This document shows, one piece after another, positions 25,943-39,300 of a stretch of 64,000 nucleotides of DNA; positions within the stretch are counted from its first letter, which is position 1, and each line of letters opens with the position of its first letter. The position numbers and the translations under genes were made by a program. The stretch covers positions 62,001-126,000 of the forward strand of contig FLMG01000154.1 in the NCBI GenBank assembly GCA_900088475.1. Reading direction: 5' to 3'. The stretch comes from Hyphochytrium catenoides. Taxonomy: Eukaryota; Protista; Hyphochytriomycota. Below the pieces are notes generated by a model. That model had not been told where the DNA came from, ran no database searches, and saw only the letters and a list, made by a program, of their open reading frames with translations.

Positions 25943-28829
25943 TTAGATCCTACTCAGAGGAGCAGACGAGTCTGCTGCCCAGATCTTGGCCTTCCTCGCC
26001 AACTCAGGGTAACCTTCGAGAATTCTCTGAAAGTCTGAGCGGAGGAGCATGAAGACATGGCAGACTGTCTCTGCCACCACATCATAACGCCTGGGCTCGT
26101 CTAGCAGGACTTCTACCTCTCCAAAGAAATCGCCAGTCTTTAGGGTCTTCTTCTCAAAACCACGGATTTGTACGGTTCCCATGCTGGACAGCATGAGAAA
26201 GAAGAGCGGGAGACCTATTAGTCTCTAGCGTCTGAAGCTCCAAGGAGTATCAAAAGTTTTCTCTGGCCGTGACTCCACAAAGCCTTGGATCAGCTCGATA
26301 CCGGTCCCTTAACTCTAAGCGCTTACCTGATAAAAAAGATGGCCGTGCTGAGACTTCCTCTCTCTATTATTTTCTTCTTTGGGGAGTAAGTCCTTGCGTA
26401 CAGAGGGACGTTGAATGACTCGATCATCTCCCTAGGTAGAGCTGAGTAACAACGAGAGGGTTAACCTGACGGTGGTGGATGACAGCTTGTAATGGGGCAA
26501 GGCCGAACCAACACTATAGATGGATGGCGCCCTTTGGACGTATTCAAGACGCGTGTGCAGGAATCAGTGGAGAGATGCGCTCTATAGTGATAGGAGAAAA
26601 CTGTACGTCAGGAAGATTACCTTTAAAAATTGGTGAGTTGACCCTGTACAGCATCGACACAGCAATCTTTGGCGCAGAGACCGTAGAGTACTTTCTAAAG
26701 GTAGTCGCTGTGACGTCCAAGTGTTCCAAGTCATACTTATAGTTGACCATGATGCCTAAGCTTTGCGCTTGCCCTGACCGAGAGGAGTCAGCAGCAAAGT
26801 TCAGACGTTCCACATGGGCACCATTGGAGATGTGGAAATTGGCTACGGGATCGAAGATCTTCTTCCCTCTTCGCTCAAACAGTAGGTATCGAGAACAGAG
26901 TTGCAGGAGGAGCTCCTTTAGTGCGGCAGGACAGGTCGATCTAATCTCTTCCCAGCGCCTGAGCTCTAGTATTGTCAGCATAGTGTCATACACGTCAGCA
27001 TTCGGTGAGGTCCCGTCAAAGTGGACTCCTCCAATGACCACACTGCCCCTTCCTTCTTCTCCCATACCCCCTCCGATTTGCTTTAGCGACAGTATCCAGT
27101 CCTTCTGTGCCTGAGTGAAGAGTGCCTCACTTTTCTCTGTCAAAGCCTTCATTAGCCAGCTTCTGAACCCCGGGACTGGAGATAGCGTAGCGTACGTTTG
27201 ACAGGAGGGAAACTGTTCCGCAATTTTAGCAACAGAGAGAAAGATGAGGTGACTCGCGAGGTTGAGACCCTGAAGGCCCCTATGAGGGTTACTGATGGCG
27301 TAGAAAACTGCGTGCGTGCTCTCTTGCGTATCGTCTATCCGTCCTTCCACGATGTCTTGAATGTTGGCACAGAGGTTTGGAGCCATTGCGATCGTCACAA
27401 AGCAGAGTGGAGCCTGAATGTTTGCGTGGAAGAGTCCAAACATGAGCCTGTTCTTCCCGCATATCCTTCGCTTTACATCGGCCCAGGAGGAAAAGGGATG
27501 CACTCTCTCGTTTCCGATTATAAACTCCACCACAGAGGCGCTTGACAGGGAGATTGGAGAAATGAGAACCCCTTGCTGGGTGCTGAAGAGCTCTTGCAAT
27601 GTGTCGTTGAGCTCTTGCAGGCTCTGTCTCTGCTCGGAAGTGAGAGAGAGACCCTCGTCCGACAAAGAGGCTACAAGCTGTCCTCTGAGGTCTAGAAGAA
27701 AGCGAGCACCCTGAGGGACTGAGGCGACAAGCTTGACAAATTTGGCATTAGGCGGTATCAAGACCTCCTGCATGCAAAAACGAAGAGCAAGGTGAGGCAT
27801 GATTGTTCCTTCGCAAGAAGGGGTCATGGAGGCAGTTCTGTCCCGTTAACTGTCATCAAGCGGGAGAGTGCAGGACCTTTCAAGCACTGGTAGCTTTTCA
27901 GGCTAGGAGAGACAGGAGAAGATTGTCGAGTTTTGCGCGGGAATAGCACGAAGCCTGCAAGGCAGGAACCAAGAGCTGCATTGAAGGCGCGGCTCCTCTA
28001 AGTGGCAGTATCGGTTGTTCATACAGAATAAAGGAGCATCGTTCTCACCTTCAGATCATGGAAAATAGAATGACCCAAGCCTCTTATAAAAGCTATCGAA
28101 GGGGCAATTATCCCAAGCACCAACTGGGCTCGTAGTTTTAGGGGTAGCTGCTCCAGGACTTGAGGCAGCTCCTGGCGTCCCAACTCTTGGCCCAGAGCTA
28201 ACAGCAGCTCCAATCGCTGCGAGGAAGATAGTTGGGGATAACGAAGACAGAAGTCGGAGGCAAAGTCTCTCTTTCGCTTAAGCGATATGACAAAGCCTTC
28301 AGGATCATTGGTCGCGATATTGCGCTACATCGGCAGCGAACTAGCCGTTAGACGAAGAGCAGGAAGCCGCAATGAGCAGGCAAAGCTTTAACTCAAAGAG
28401 GAGACAGGGCGAAAGACCATTGCTAGGCACAGCCAAATACGCAGGGCCACTAGGCAAAGAAAATATAGGGAATTACCAAGGATGCTATGAAGCAGAGAGG
28501 CTAGACAACCAGCTACGAGGAACACAGGGTCACATCAGAGCGAACGGGTATTTCCAGATGTTAAGGGGAAGTATAGCACAAGAGACTGCATTTAACGAAC
28601 GCCAAGCGAGCACATTGCGGTTGCAAGTCTGTGAGAGAGCGCCGCTGTAGGTGACTGGTCCCACCTTCACTTCCTCCACAAACTTCTCTCTGGCGAAAGA
28701 GACTTGACTGACATCCTTCATCTCCTTTCTCTGTCTCTTGTCCTGGTGAATCTTCAACAGAGTGCGCTCAAACCATTCTTGGCCTTGTGCCTCGTTGAGC
28801 TGGGATAGCTGCACCCTCTTTTCAGCCAT
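25943..28829 (-). CDS. MLYCD: Malonyl-CoA decarboxylase fused to a C-terminal cyclic-nucleotide-binding domain, ending in PTS1-like SRI
   Basis: MCD motifs: ERVHPFSSWADVKRR, AVFYAISN, GLNLASHLI, TLSPVPGFRSWL (catalytic Ser), DPVANFHISNGA (catalytic His), SLGIMVNYKYDL. In-phase splicing continues to SPIFK|ALPREMIE..YSPKKKIIERG..IFFIS|MGTVQ..LKTGDFFGEVEVLLDEPRRYDVVAETVC (cNMP-binding fold). The 5' exons (28829-28050) are less certain. Confidence 0.9.
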
Positions 28830-30084
28830 GGCTAGCGCAAGAGTCTGGCAGGAGGCTCAAAACTGTGACAAAATTGTTTGCCGAAGACGTCAGTGCGCGG
28901 AGTTACATCCGCTATGCCAAGATCCGCGCCCCCTGGTTTGACCAGGAGGAAGCACTAGCGAGCCGTGAGCCGTGTCAGCCAAATCAGCGATCAAAGGCTC
29001 TCCCTAGCGCACAGGTGCTGGGTGTGACTGTCTATGCTGATGACTCCACAGACTCGCGCAGATTATTGCGTTATTTGCTAGTCATGAGTCTCGAGTCTCG
29101 AAGATCTTTCCGACAACACTTGAAGTTCCTCACACCGGATAAAGCGAACATCTAAGGGAGTGTCTGTACCTTAAGCCCACTAATCTATAGAAATAACAAT
29201 AGTATAATATGAAACCGTTTCCTATACCTCTTCCTACAGACAAACTAATACGACATCGGCTGGACAGATCTTCCCCATCACTGTTGCTTGTTGATTCATC
29301 CTTGGCTCCCTCTCTCATCGGCACTACAGGTAATAAGGTTGCCTGTCACGCACCAGGAAGCTTCAAGCCCAGCGTAAACTCCCAGCAGTGCACCGAGCTT
29401 GTACCCTCCCAGAGCTGCCTCGGCTGCCGCTGATCTGGCTTGCTTCGTAGACTGTAGCCAGGGCGAGAGCGATATTGAGACGAAAGTCAGTGACTTTTAA
29501 CGCTGTAGGGACGCGCCGGCCCTAAGCAAGGCAAGCAACCGGAACTCACATAAGAATAGTCTGGCTCTTGTCAGCCACTCAGCGGTCAGGTAAAGGCCCA
29601 GGACTAAGAGAACGATGGAAAGCAGTCAAAGGCGCGGATCCACTTTCATTGGTGGTTCCAAAGAACAAGAACTCCAAGGCAATCAAGTTTTGCCGAAGTC
29701 AGATGGTAACTTATTTAGGGCTAATGAGAAGCGGAATCACTGGCATTAGATAGAACTGACTTGCATTGTGAATCACATTCTAGATGCCGCCTGGGAAGTG
29801 GTCCCAGATGATTCGAAGGCGGAGATTAATGATAACCTTTCGCTAGGTAAGTGTAAGCTAGCGGGGAAGGTCCTTCTATCACTGTGACCACTATACCTAC
29901 CTAAGACTGTTCCCTTTGAATCTCGCTACCACCAGCCCCGGAGCACGTCTGGATTCGAGCTCCAAGGCCTTCCAAGCGATGAGGAATAAATTTGAACATT
30001 TGACTATACACAGTGCGCCTCCAGCGCCTTATTGACGGAAGGAGGTGTGAAAATAAGGAGATGCGCAGCAGAGCGGCAAGAGCT

Positions 30085-33000
30085 CTATTTTCTGGCAGCC
30101 CAGTCCGGTCTGGACGATTTAGAGCCTCCTTTCCTTCGTACCGCCTTCATCACTTTGCTTTTGTCCTCCTCTCTTTTCACACCGTACGCAGCTGCCACGT
30201 GAGAGCTAAGGCTCTCTCCTCCACTGTCCTGACCCTGTTTCCGCTGGCCCTTCAAGGCAGATGGAAGGAGAGAAAATCCAGTAGTAGCGGAAGCCGCTGC
30301 GGAGTAATCGAAGGGTTTAAACTTGGCCCTCTCTCTCTCTTTCTCCTTTGGTGCTGCTGGATCAGTGGCCGCTCCACTAACCTTCTTGGCCTCTTCCTGG
30401 CTCACCCAGCCAAGCTTATTCATGAAGGAACCCTGCACATCGGCATCACGAGCAGAAGATTGGCTAAGGAGCCGAAAGGAAACCAGAAGCTAATTCATCG
30501 TTTACTTACCGCGTCTTCTAGATCATTCTTCTGCTTTTTACTGGCAATTGCATACTCATCATCCTGCGTGTCATCTTGATCCTGGACCGTCAAAAGAAGG
30601 ATCACGGATGATTAGAATCAAGGAGAGAGAGTGACAGCCAAGTGAGAACCCTGTAGAAATGGAGATGGAATACGCATCTTCCCACCTGTGCTGTGGGCTC
30701 CGCTGCCGATTCTTTAAGTTTCTTCTTCTCCTTTTTCCTCTTCCTATTGATGTTGGACATCTGATAGATCTCCGCAATAGATTGAGGAATTGAAGACTCT
30801 TCTTCCGGGGTATCAGTCTTACTGTTATCTTGTCCTTGTGCTGCGGTAGGCGCCATCTGCTTCTCATTTGCTCCCTCAGGCCTCTCCTGCCAAGATATAT
30901 CCTTCGAAGAAGCCAGATGTACTGGAAGGGCAGCGATATGTCCTCTTATTTCCTCCGCTTTTTTCTGCGACTTCTCCGTGGTCGAGTCATTGTCAAGCCC
31001 ATTTCCACTAAAGTCTACACCGGAAAGAGGCTGAGAGGCGTTATAGTTGTCATTGACAGGAGAAAGGAGTGCCGCCTGTCTCCTAATAGTGTTGGGAGTC
31101 CAGCCAGAGACAGTATAGAGATTCGCATAAGAAGTAATAGGCGACGGCGTCGCATCCATCGAGGAGAACTGGAGGTCTGAATCCTGCTGTCTGTGCTTTG
31201 GGGTCACAAGTTCCGTAGCAGTAGAGGAGGAGCGAGAGGGCGAGGCCGTCTGGCCAGAAGATCTCTCCTCCTTCCCTGCCTCGGCGACCGCACGCGCAAT
31301 AAGCTCAATGATGTCAGATGCTCGTTCCCTCAAAAGGGGGGGAAGTGGGTTGATGCAGCGGTTGAGAGCACTCAGCGTCGAAGGCATCTCGGTACTCAGC
31401 TAGGAAAAACAGACAAAGAAGTTCAGTATGAGGCCGACATACGGCAGAAGACTCTCGGAAGTGATGGGAGGAGGAGATGAAGAATGAACGTCCGGTGGAG
31501 ACAGAATCGCTGCAAACTGAAAAGGTTAACGTTTACCTTAATGAGAACATGCTTGGGCAGAACGTAGCCCACGGACTCGTCTAACTCCCTTCCTACTCTG
31601 TCCCTCCAGTCAAAAAGAGCTGCAAAGACAGTCCTCTGCTGAGGGGAGAGAGAGAGGTTCATTGTCTCTATGGCACCGAGATACGCTTCCGGGGTAACCA
31701 CGGGCTTTTCATATCTTTGCAAGCAAATCTCTTTGCTCCGTCTTAGCACCTCGAGTAGAAAATTGTGCGCCTTACTTCTCTCAAGAAGCTCTTTCTTCAT
31801 CACGTCGAAGATGTACAGAAGATAATGAGTATCCTCCTGTGCATACTTCTTCATCTCCGCTGTTAGCGGTCGTATTCTCCAGTCAGCTAATTGGTACTTT
31901 TTGTCAGCTACGTGCTTGCAGTGCATCCGTAGGAGATAGGCAAGAGAGAAACCTGGATAATCCAGGACTCTTGCAGCCTGTCCAGTATCAAACATGTTCA
32001 CTATATACAAACCAAAGTCCCTCTGGAGCCATAATATATCGTGGTCAGCTCCATGCAGAACCTTCAATATCTTAGGGTCCGTAAAGACGATGTTGAGCTT
32101 CCCTAGCTTGCCTCTGAGTGCCAAGGTGTCTACCAAATAGTCTGCAGATCGCGTAGAGATCTGCATCAGACAGACAAACCCCAAGAAGGAGCGATAAGAG
32201 TGGTTTTCCAAATCAATAGCGATGATCTTCTCCTTCTTTAAAGTCTCAATGAGGGATTTGAGGCCTTCCTCTGTGTCTATCCATGTGCAGGGCGTGAGCT
32301 TCGTAACAGGCGGGGGTAGTGTAGGAGTGCCTTCCGCTGGCCGAACGAGCCATTCGGGATAATCGAGACGGGAGAGCTCTGCCTCGTAAGGATGGGGATA
32401 GTATCCTGACAAGATCAGATTCCGTCAGCCGATGGAGCATTACACCAGACAGAGCAAAGGGTACTAAGGACATACAGCAAGAGCACCCAGTACGGAGAGA
32501 AAGACAAGAGTAGAGAAGCTCATCAATAGAAACATCATTCCGGGGTAGAGATCGAGGTGCATCTGAGAACATTGGGACGAGCACATTCTATCTTGATGGA
32601 ACTCTAAGAGGAAATGTAATAGACAGAGCATGCTCTAGGAATACCGGTAAGTGTCCGCCCTTCATCCCCCTCTCTTTCTTCTTCTACCGGCTCGAGCTTC
32701 AATGGCGTGATAGCGTTCGGTTTGCTGGAAAGGTGGGGCACAAAGGGGCTCCGACTATTGTCCACCTTCTTCGAAAAGTTCAGCTGAGGCTTGGGAATGT
32801 CATTGGCAGTAGCCGCGATGCTCGTTCTTTCAGTTCTGGCCGTCCAAGGGGCTGGCTGAAGTTGACCCTTCATCAGCATTACCTGCTTGTGACTGTCATT
32901 ACCTGTGGCTATATCTATAAAGGTATCGGCTTGTTCTAATAAACCATCCAGCAGATCCGTCACCGCCTCAAAGGAGTCTGGCTCTGTCAGGTTGTCTACT

Positions 33001-33302
33001 CTAGCCAGGTTGAGGCTTTTCCCTAGCTTCCGCACAACTTTGTCTATGAGCGTGACCGAACGCTTTGCGCAGGCATCTGCCCTGGTCTTGAAAAGGGGGT
33101 TGGAGCTTACATGATAATCGTAGTCGTTGTCAATAGAAGGGATAGCATTAGAAGCTTTGGTAGCCAACACCAAGCTCTTCAGAAGACTCTGTACATATTG
33201 GGAGGGAGGTGGCACTTTTTTCTTTTCGTCCTTCTTCTCTCCTACTTCTCCGGCAGCACTGTCCGCTGCCCTAGGAAGCAGTAGATCATCTATCGTAGAC
33301 AT
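30085..33302 (-). CDS. RRP6: Exosome-associated 3'-5' exonuclease RRP6/EXOSC10 (PMC2NT, DEDDy exonuclease, HRDC); about 5 exons
   Basis: PMC2NT-like DYDYH..F. Conserved IPKPQLNF..VDNSRSPFVP and HPYEAEL. Exonuclease motifs IAIDLENHSYRSFLG, HGADHDILWLQRDFG, YQLADWRIRPL, YAQEDTHYLLY. HRDC: LFDWRDRVGRELDESVGYVLP. Confidence 0.95.
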
Positions 33303-34584
33303 CCTGCTATCGGTCTGTCCACATGGAGACCCGCCTTCACCTCTCTGCACAGACGCCACCTAATCCCTGAGGCAGCTACGAGTCACAAGGAGCTTCATAT
33401 GCCCGCCAAGAGACTAAGTAGAAGAGTGTGTGAGCGGGAGGAGAGGCAGTGAAGCATGAGAAGCCGATGTCAATCAGTGCTGATGAGACGATCCCGACCT
33501 CCAAAGCCAAGAACAGGCGCAGCAACAACTTGATCACACTGCTTCTCCTGCCCAGTCGACCATCCAAAATAAGGCCATCCTTATACTGAGTGTGACCCTA
33601 TTTATTCCGGATATGCGCCAAGAGTCTAGGCGTTAACAGCTAGCTAGTCATACTTCAGACCGAGCGATGCCCAGATGACAGGACAAACGGATTAGAAAGA
33701 TTTCTATAATAAGGACATCGATCCTGGGCTGATCTGTTACCAACTCTCAAAAATGGCAGGATCTCATTGTTCGCTGTCCAAACGTGGATGGCGAGGCTTC
33801 CTTAGAGGCACTGGGCGGCTTCCGCGGTAAAGAGAAGGGGCGGAGCTATTGATTCTTACAGCTATGTAGTACCTGATTCCGGACCATCATTGAAAGGAGC
33901 TTTTGGATCTTTATATTAGACGCCTTAAAAGTATTAGCACTGCCAGTTGATCCTGCGCTGTAGCTTCTGCCCTACCTGCTTGTTGACGTCAAGCCCGAAA
34001 GTAAAGCGCGTTTATCCGGTTTTAAATGTCTGATTATTAACAGTAGGGCTAAGCTGAACTTGGCAAGCTTCGGTTCACCTCCGGCAAACATCTTAGCCTT
34101 TTTTACATCGCGACACTTCTATCCGAAGTGTCCAGCATCATGCTAACGTTTCCCCTGCGTGAAAATCAGTTCTTCTGAAAAAAGGTGTTCAGCCTAGGGT
34201 TAACGAAACAGAGGAAGCCAGAGACACATCGAGAGCATCAACCAGGGAGAATAGCAATTAGTAAGGTTGGGAGAATGTCCGTAAGGAGGAGGTAAGAGAC
34301 TTTACGGATGAGCTTTGATCTTTAGTGATGGAAGACAGCAGCGCTAGATCTGATCGTGTGTTGAAGCTTCTGTCTTCCTCAGTCCCCTCTGTGATGAGTG
34401 TAACTCCCATATATATCCAGAATTCGTACATTCTTCTTGGGAATTATCTGCATTTTAGCCCGTCCGATAAAGAATACACCACAGAGGATGGAATTCTGAT
34501 GCTGGCTCTCTGGTCAATCGTTCCTTCGCATCCCCCTGCTCCTCCCGATGGCCTCATCTCAGCACTCTCTAGCCTCCACCAACC

Positions 34585-34586
<2 letters not shown>

Positions 34587-34641
<55 letters not shown>
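34587..34641. repeat. (CT)n microsatellite
   Basis: Near-perfect CT run visible directly. Confidence 0.95.
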
Positions 34642-34922
34642 TTACTTTTAAGCTGTAGAGAGCCAACTCTGCTCTATGGGTACGGGTGGACTTGTCTCTT
34701 CCCTCTGTTTCCTGACAGATGAACCTGCCTCTTTGCTTGTCGCGAGAGCTCGTTGCACTTCAAGTACCTACCGCCTGCTCGTCGTAGATGTATAACTCTG
34801 GCTCTGTCGTCTCCGCCTTTGCCGCCGCCAAATAAGCCCTTGCCTCTAGGCCCTAGGTCTTCTACCTGTATGAGTCCTTGATGAGAATCTACGACGGAGG
34901 GGCTTGCAGTCCTTGAGCAGTA

Positions 34923-36036
34923 ATGGGAAACACATCTGGGGCGCAGTCGCAGGAGAATCACCTCCTGGCTGTGAAGGTAGATCGGACGCCTCTGTCTGAG
35001 GCGGAGGTGCTATCAGCAGCAAAGAAAGCTGCAGCTCTCCCACCTGCGGCACCCATCCTTGACCTGAGCGAAGGAAGCATTATCAAGAGCCCTAACTCAC
35101 AAGGTACTAGTCCACGGGCTGGCCCTTCTACTACCGCCGTCTCGCAGCTTAGAGCGCAGAGCTAACTCCTTTCAAGTAGCTAAGTACCTTACACGCTCAT
35201 TCTAGCTCTCGCTGGTCATCCTCGTCTCTCTTCTCCTTCTTTCTCGCTCTCACGTTGCCCTCGGCGCTTGCTCTAGGTGAGAGGTATGTCTTCCGACCGA
35301 AGCTTGAGGAGGAGCGGCCGTTCTATGTCACAGGCGCGGCACAAGCTGCAGCAAAGACCAGAATCACCACGGTAAGTCTACTTCCAGCTCTCAGTCAAGG
35401 GCCTCATCCTCGTCCGATAGTAATGTATCTTCCCTATCTATATCTTATCGGCTCTGACCAATGGAAAGACGGTTCTTCCTTGCCACTTTGGGAGTCGTCC
35501 TTTCTCTTCACCTTATTGTCTGTTTCTTTGGTTGACTAAAGCTGGAACTATTAACGCTATGACTTCTTCCTGGGTCAGCCCTTGTCCTATAGAGCGGCCC
35601 AAATGCTTCTCCGATCATCATCTTTGTCTCTCTGAGTCTCTGCCTTTCAGTCCTCACTTTCACTCTTTCTTTGCGTCTGTATCTTTACTGCTTCCACATT
35701 CTGGAGTCTCCGCTCTGCTTTACGTACCTCTTTCCGGCTCCTTCAAGCGTTCCTCTTCCCGGAGAGTTCTCGTTCTCGATGGCACCTCCCTTTCGCTAGT
35801 TTTCAAGGGACGTGTGGAGCTGTCCTGCCTTGGCTTCACTAACCTCCGCCGTCTGTACCTAAGACTCAACTTACCTTCATATCTGTGCCCTCTAACCTCT
35901 CTGTCCCACGTCACAGGGAGCAAAGTCAGATGTGATCCTCATAGTTCGAAACTCCCCGAAGAATGCAGAGCAAGCCAACAAAGTTCATTTTGTCCGCAAG
36001 CCCGCTTCAACTTCGCCCCAACAGGGGGCCAGATGA
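34923..36036 (+). CDS. Small (~130 aa) hypothetical protein, possibly N-myristoylated; 3 exons
   Basis: Exon 1 is MGNTSG..SPNSQ with a gtacta donor (~35104). Exon 2 (~35278-35371) is GERYVFRPKL..KTRITT with a gtaagt donor. Exon 3 starts at 35917 after tcacag and reads GAKSDVILIV..QGAR-TGA. Phases are consistent. I recognise no domain. Confidence 0.55.
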
Positions 36037-36319
36037 TGACAAGAGAGAAGAAAGAAGTCCCTTTTCAGGAGGAGAGGGGCGGGACCTGAAGAAGGCAGCG
36101 TCTAAATTAACTATTGACTCCGTTATTCAATGTTTATGGCTTGAGTCCTCACCTCACTTAGCGCAATCCTTCGCCCAAAGAACTGGCCAAGCGGTCTGAG
36201 GACTCCGCCGTTTTGAAAAAGTAACCTAGGACTACCTCTCTCTCCTTAGTCTTGCTATCCTTTCCGCTAGGTCTCTACAATCTGCTACAACCTGCCCTAG
36301 ACAACTCGCTCTTCACCCT

Positions 36320-39300
36320 CTACAGCGCAGACGCCTGCGCAATAGCAAACTCGTCCGAGTGGCTGATAGAGATCTTGATCTCTCTCACTCCAAGGCGGTT
36401 GACAATCTCCCTTGCCGCACCAGAGAGAACTACCACGGGAGCTCCAGAAGTGCTACGGATGATCTCAATCTCTTTCAGAGGTGCACTGGCTCCCTTCCAA
36501 AGTGGAGCAGAGTCTGGGAAAGCGTTGCTAATCGCCTTGAGCACAGCCTCCTTTGCTGCCCACCGACCCGCAAAGGATGCAGCAGGGTGAGGGGCAGAAG
36601 TACAATAAGCAACCTCTGCAGATGTGAAGTTTCTCTGTATGAAGTCCGCCTTAGACTGGTAGGATGAGAAGGTGGCAACGGGCTCGATGTCTACTCCGAT
36701 GCCCTTGTCCTCTGCCCTTCGGAGTAGCTGAGCAGCGTTCTCCATCTTCTTCAGCAGGAAGTTCTCCTCTCTCTGCTCTCCTGAGCCGGAGGCTTCTCGT
36801 TTAGCTTTAGCTTCAGAGCCATCCACTCCGCTGCCTGCACGCCTTGCATTATCGCTTGCTCCCTTGCCATCCCGTTCCCTCTTCTTGGCGACCGCTTGCT
36901 GCTTGCCTGCGTTGAAAAGCCAAGTGCCTCGTTCCTTATCGTAGGAAGCACGTGCATTGGGGTTGAGATAGACAGCCGACTCGTCTTCTGGAGAGTATGG
37001 GGCAGAAGCCTTCACTTGTACGAATGTGTGCAGTCCGGCAAAGGCCTTTTGCATGTACTTGTGCACTCCCACCTCCCTTTCCCCTCGCTTTCTCCTATAC
37101 TCCTCAAACTGCCCGTCTTTTAAGGTTGCAAAGAGAAAGTCTGGATGGACCAAGAGAATCTCAGCCCCAGCCTGACCGAAGCCAAAGCTCTTCAACAGTG
37201 CAGCTTTAATACCGCTGGTCTGTATGGATCTATTGGGGTAGGCCAACAGATTGAACTGCCTCAGCTCAGGAGAAACGTTGTCCAGATTGCCATTGCCTGG
37301 GATGCGCCCACTCCGCAGCGTCTGGAGCAGTCCGTTCATCATCCAAGCTGCAGCTGCGCCCTTTGGATGTCCCGTAAGATTCTTCTGACAGATAACCCAG
37401 AGAGGGTTTCCAGCACTTCTTCCAAGGTGTGCAAGTTGCTTCTGAGTGACATCGCTCTCATTCTTGTCATTCAGCTTTGTTCCAGTGCCGTGGAAGGAGG
37501 CCACAGCGATGTCGTCCACAGTCAGGCCCCAGACCGCCAACGCTCCGCGGAGCGGTGCAATGTTGGGGTTGCGCTTATAGAACTCGTTGGACCAGACAGA
37601 ATAAGCCATTGAGCGTTTCCGCTCCGCAGTTCTCTTTACCATGGCCTCCTGGGCTTTCAGCTCAGAAGATGAGAGACCTGCAGAGGAGGAAGAGAGCAAA
37701 TAGTCCAGCTCCTCCGCCTCCCACTCGTCAACGTGCCTCAGCTCTCTCTGGAGGTTTCGCTTCCTGTAAGAGAGATCAAGAAGAAGAGAAGCTGCCCCGC
37801 TCTGCTCCTCTCTCGCTGTAGTAAGGATGCCTTGGCCTGGTGCCGGAACGGATCTCCCATTCTTATCTGTCGCAGTGTTCGTGAGTGCTACAACGCCATA
37901 GATTGGGACTCCCATCTCTAGGGCAAGCTTTGCGTCCATTAGCACTTGAATACCTGAGGTTAGGAGCAGGAGTGGTTGGGCATTAGATTGAGCTCTAGAT
38001 ACAAAGATAAGTGCTAGTAGGCGACGAGACTCTCAACAAAGGAATAGGATATCAGGATGAATAGCAAGGATAGCAAGGAAGGAGGCTTAGATAGCCAAAC
38101 AGGAAGGGAATATCAAGCCAATAGACGGGAAGGGAACATCAAGTGGCAATCAGCGAATAATAGACAGGTTTACAGACGAATAAAAATGCACTTTGTCCTC
38201 ACCTGCTCCCTGCGACTCCATGAAACCTCCTCTGGTCTCCGAAGTGGGCCTGCACATCTCTTTCGGCTCTCTCCCCATTGCCTCTTCGTCCACAGAGTTA
38301 CTGGTCGCCTTCATCTGTGCAAACTCGTAGCTGCCTTCCTCTCCAAAGTCGTCGTACCCTCCGACAATGACCACTCTCGCCTTTGAGGATAGAATCGTCT
38401 CGACTCCTACCTCCACGCTCTCGGCCGCGGTTGCACAAGCTCCCACAGGCGTCTTGATTGGTCCGGAGGAAGAGAGAAGAAGCATGTTCACCCATGCCGG
38501 CATGGTGTTGATGAAGCACTCCTGCAGGCTGTCAGCTGCTATGGGTTTCTCCAATAATCTCTCCCTGTAGATCCGTCGCAGACTTCTCATCCCTCCCATG
38601 CCACCTCCCGATGTGTTGCCGACCTCGGAAACGTGGACGTATTGGTAGAACTCATACGGATCTGTGACTCCCGCGCTTACTAGAGCCTCCACCGTGGAGA
38701 CCAAAGTGTAAAGGGTCACAGGGTCCACCGCTTCCGCGATGTCAGCAGGAACTCCCAACCTCTTGGCGTTCCAGCCCGTTGGGATCTGGCCCGCTACAAA
38801 TCGGTCAAACTTCAAAGCTCTAGAAACCGAGATGACTGCTCCTTTCTTCATCTTCATCAGCCAAACACCGTCTTCTTCACGCTGAAAGATATCCACCAGC
38901 TCTGCGCCTAACTCTGCCCTGTATTCCTCCGCCTCCGTTCTGTCTGAGCACTCGATCGGGCCCATATCTTTATCCAGAGCAACCTGGTGCAGGAAGAGTT
39001 TCTTTTTCGGGTCATAGCCTTCGAAGAGAGCTGGCTCAACGATTCTAATCCCGGAATGCGCAAGAAGTCTCTCCTCATAGCGCTTCTTGATGTCTAAAGA
39101 TTCAGCAAAGAGTAAGTTCTTGTCATGGGCGAGCCGGGCCCAGATCGCAGGAGTAAAGTGCATAGATAGATCGTTTCTGTAAGCCACACAATGAAGTTGT
39201 AACAGGTGGAGGCTATCGAAAAGATATGCAGATTGATCAGACGGAGGAGCCCAAGAGAGGACAGAAGGTCGAACAATAGCTTCAATAAACACAACGGTGC

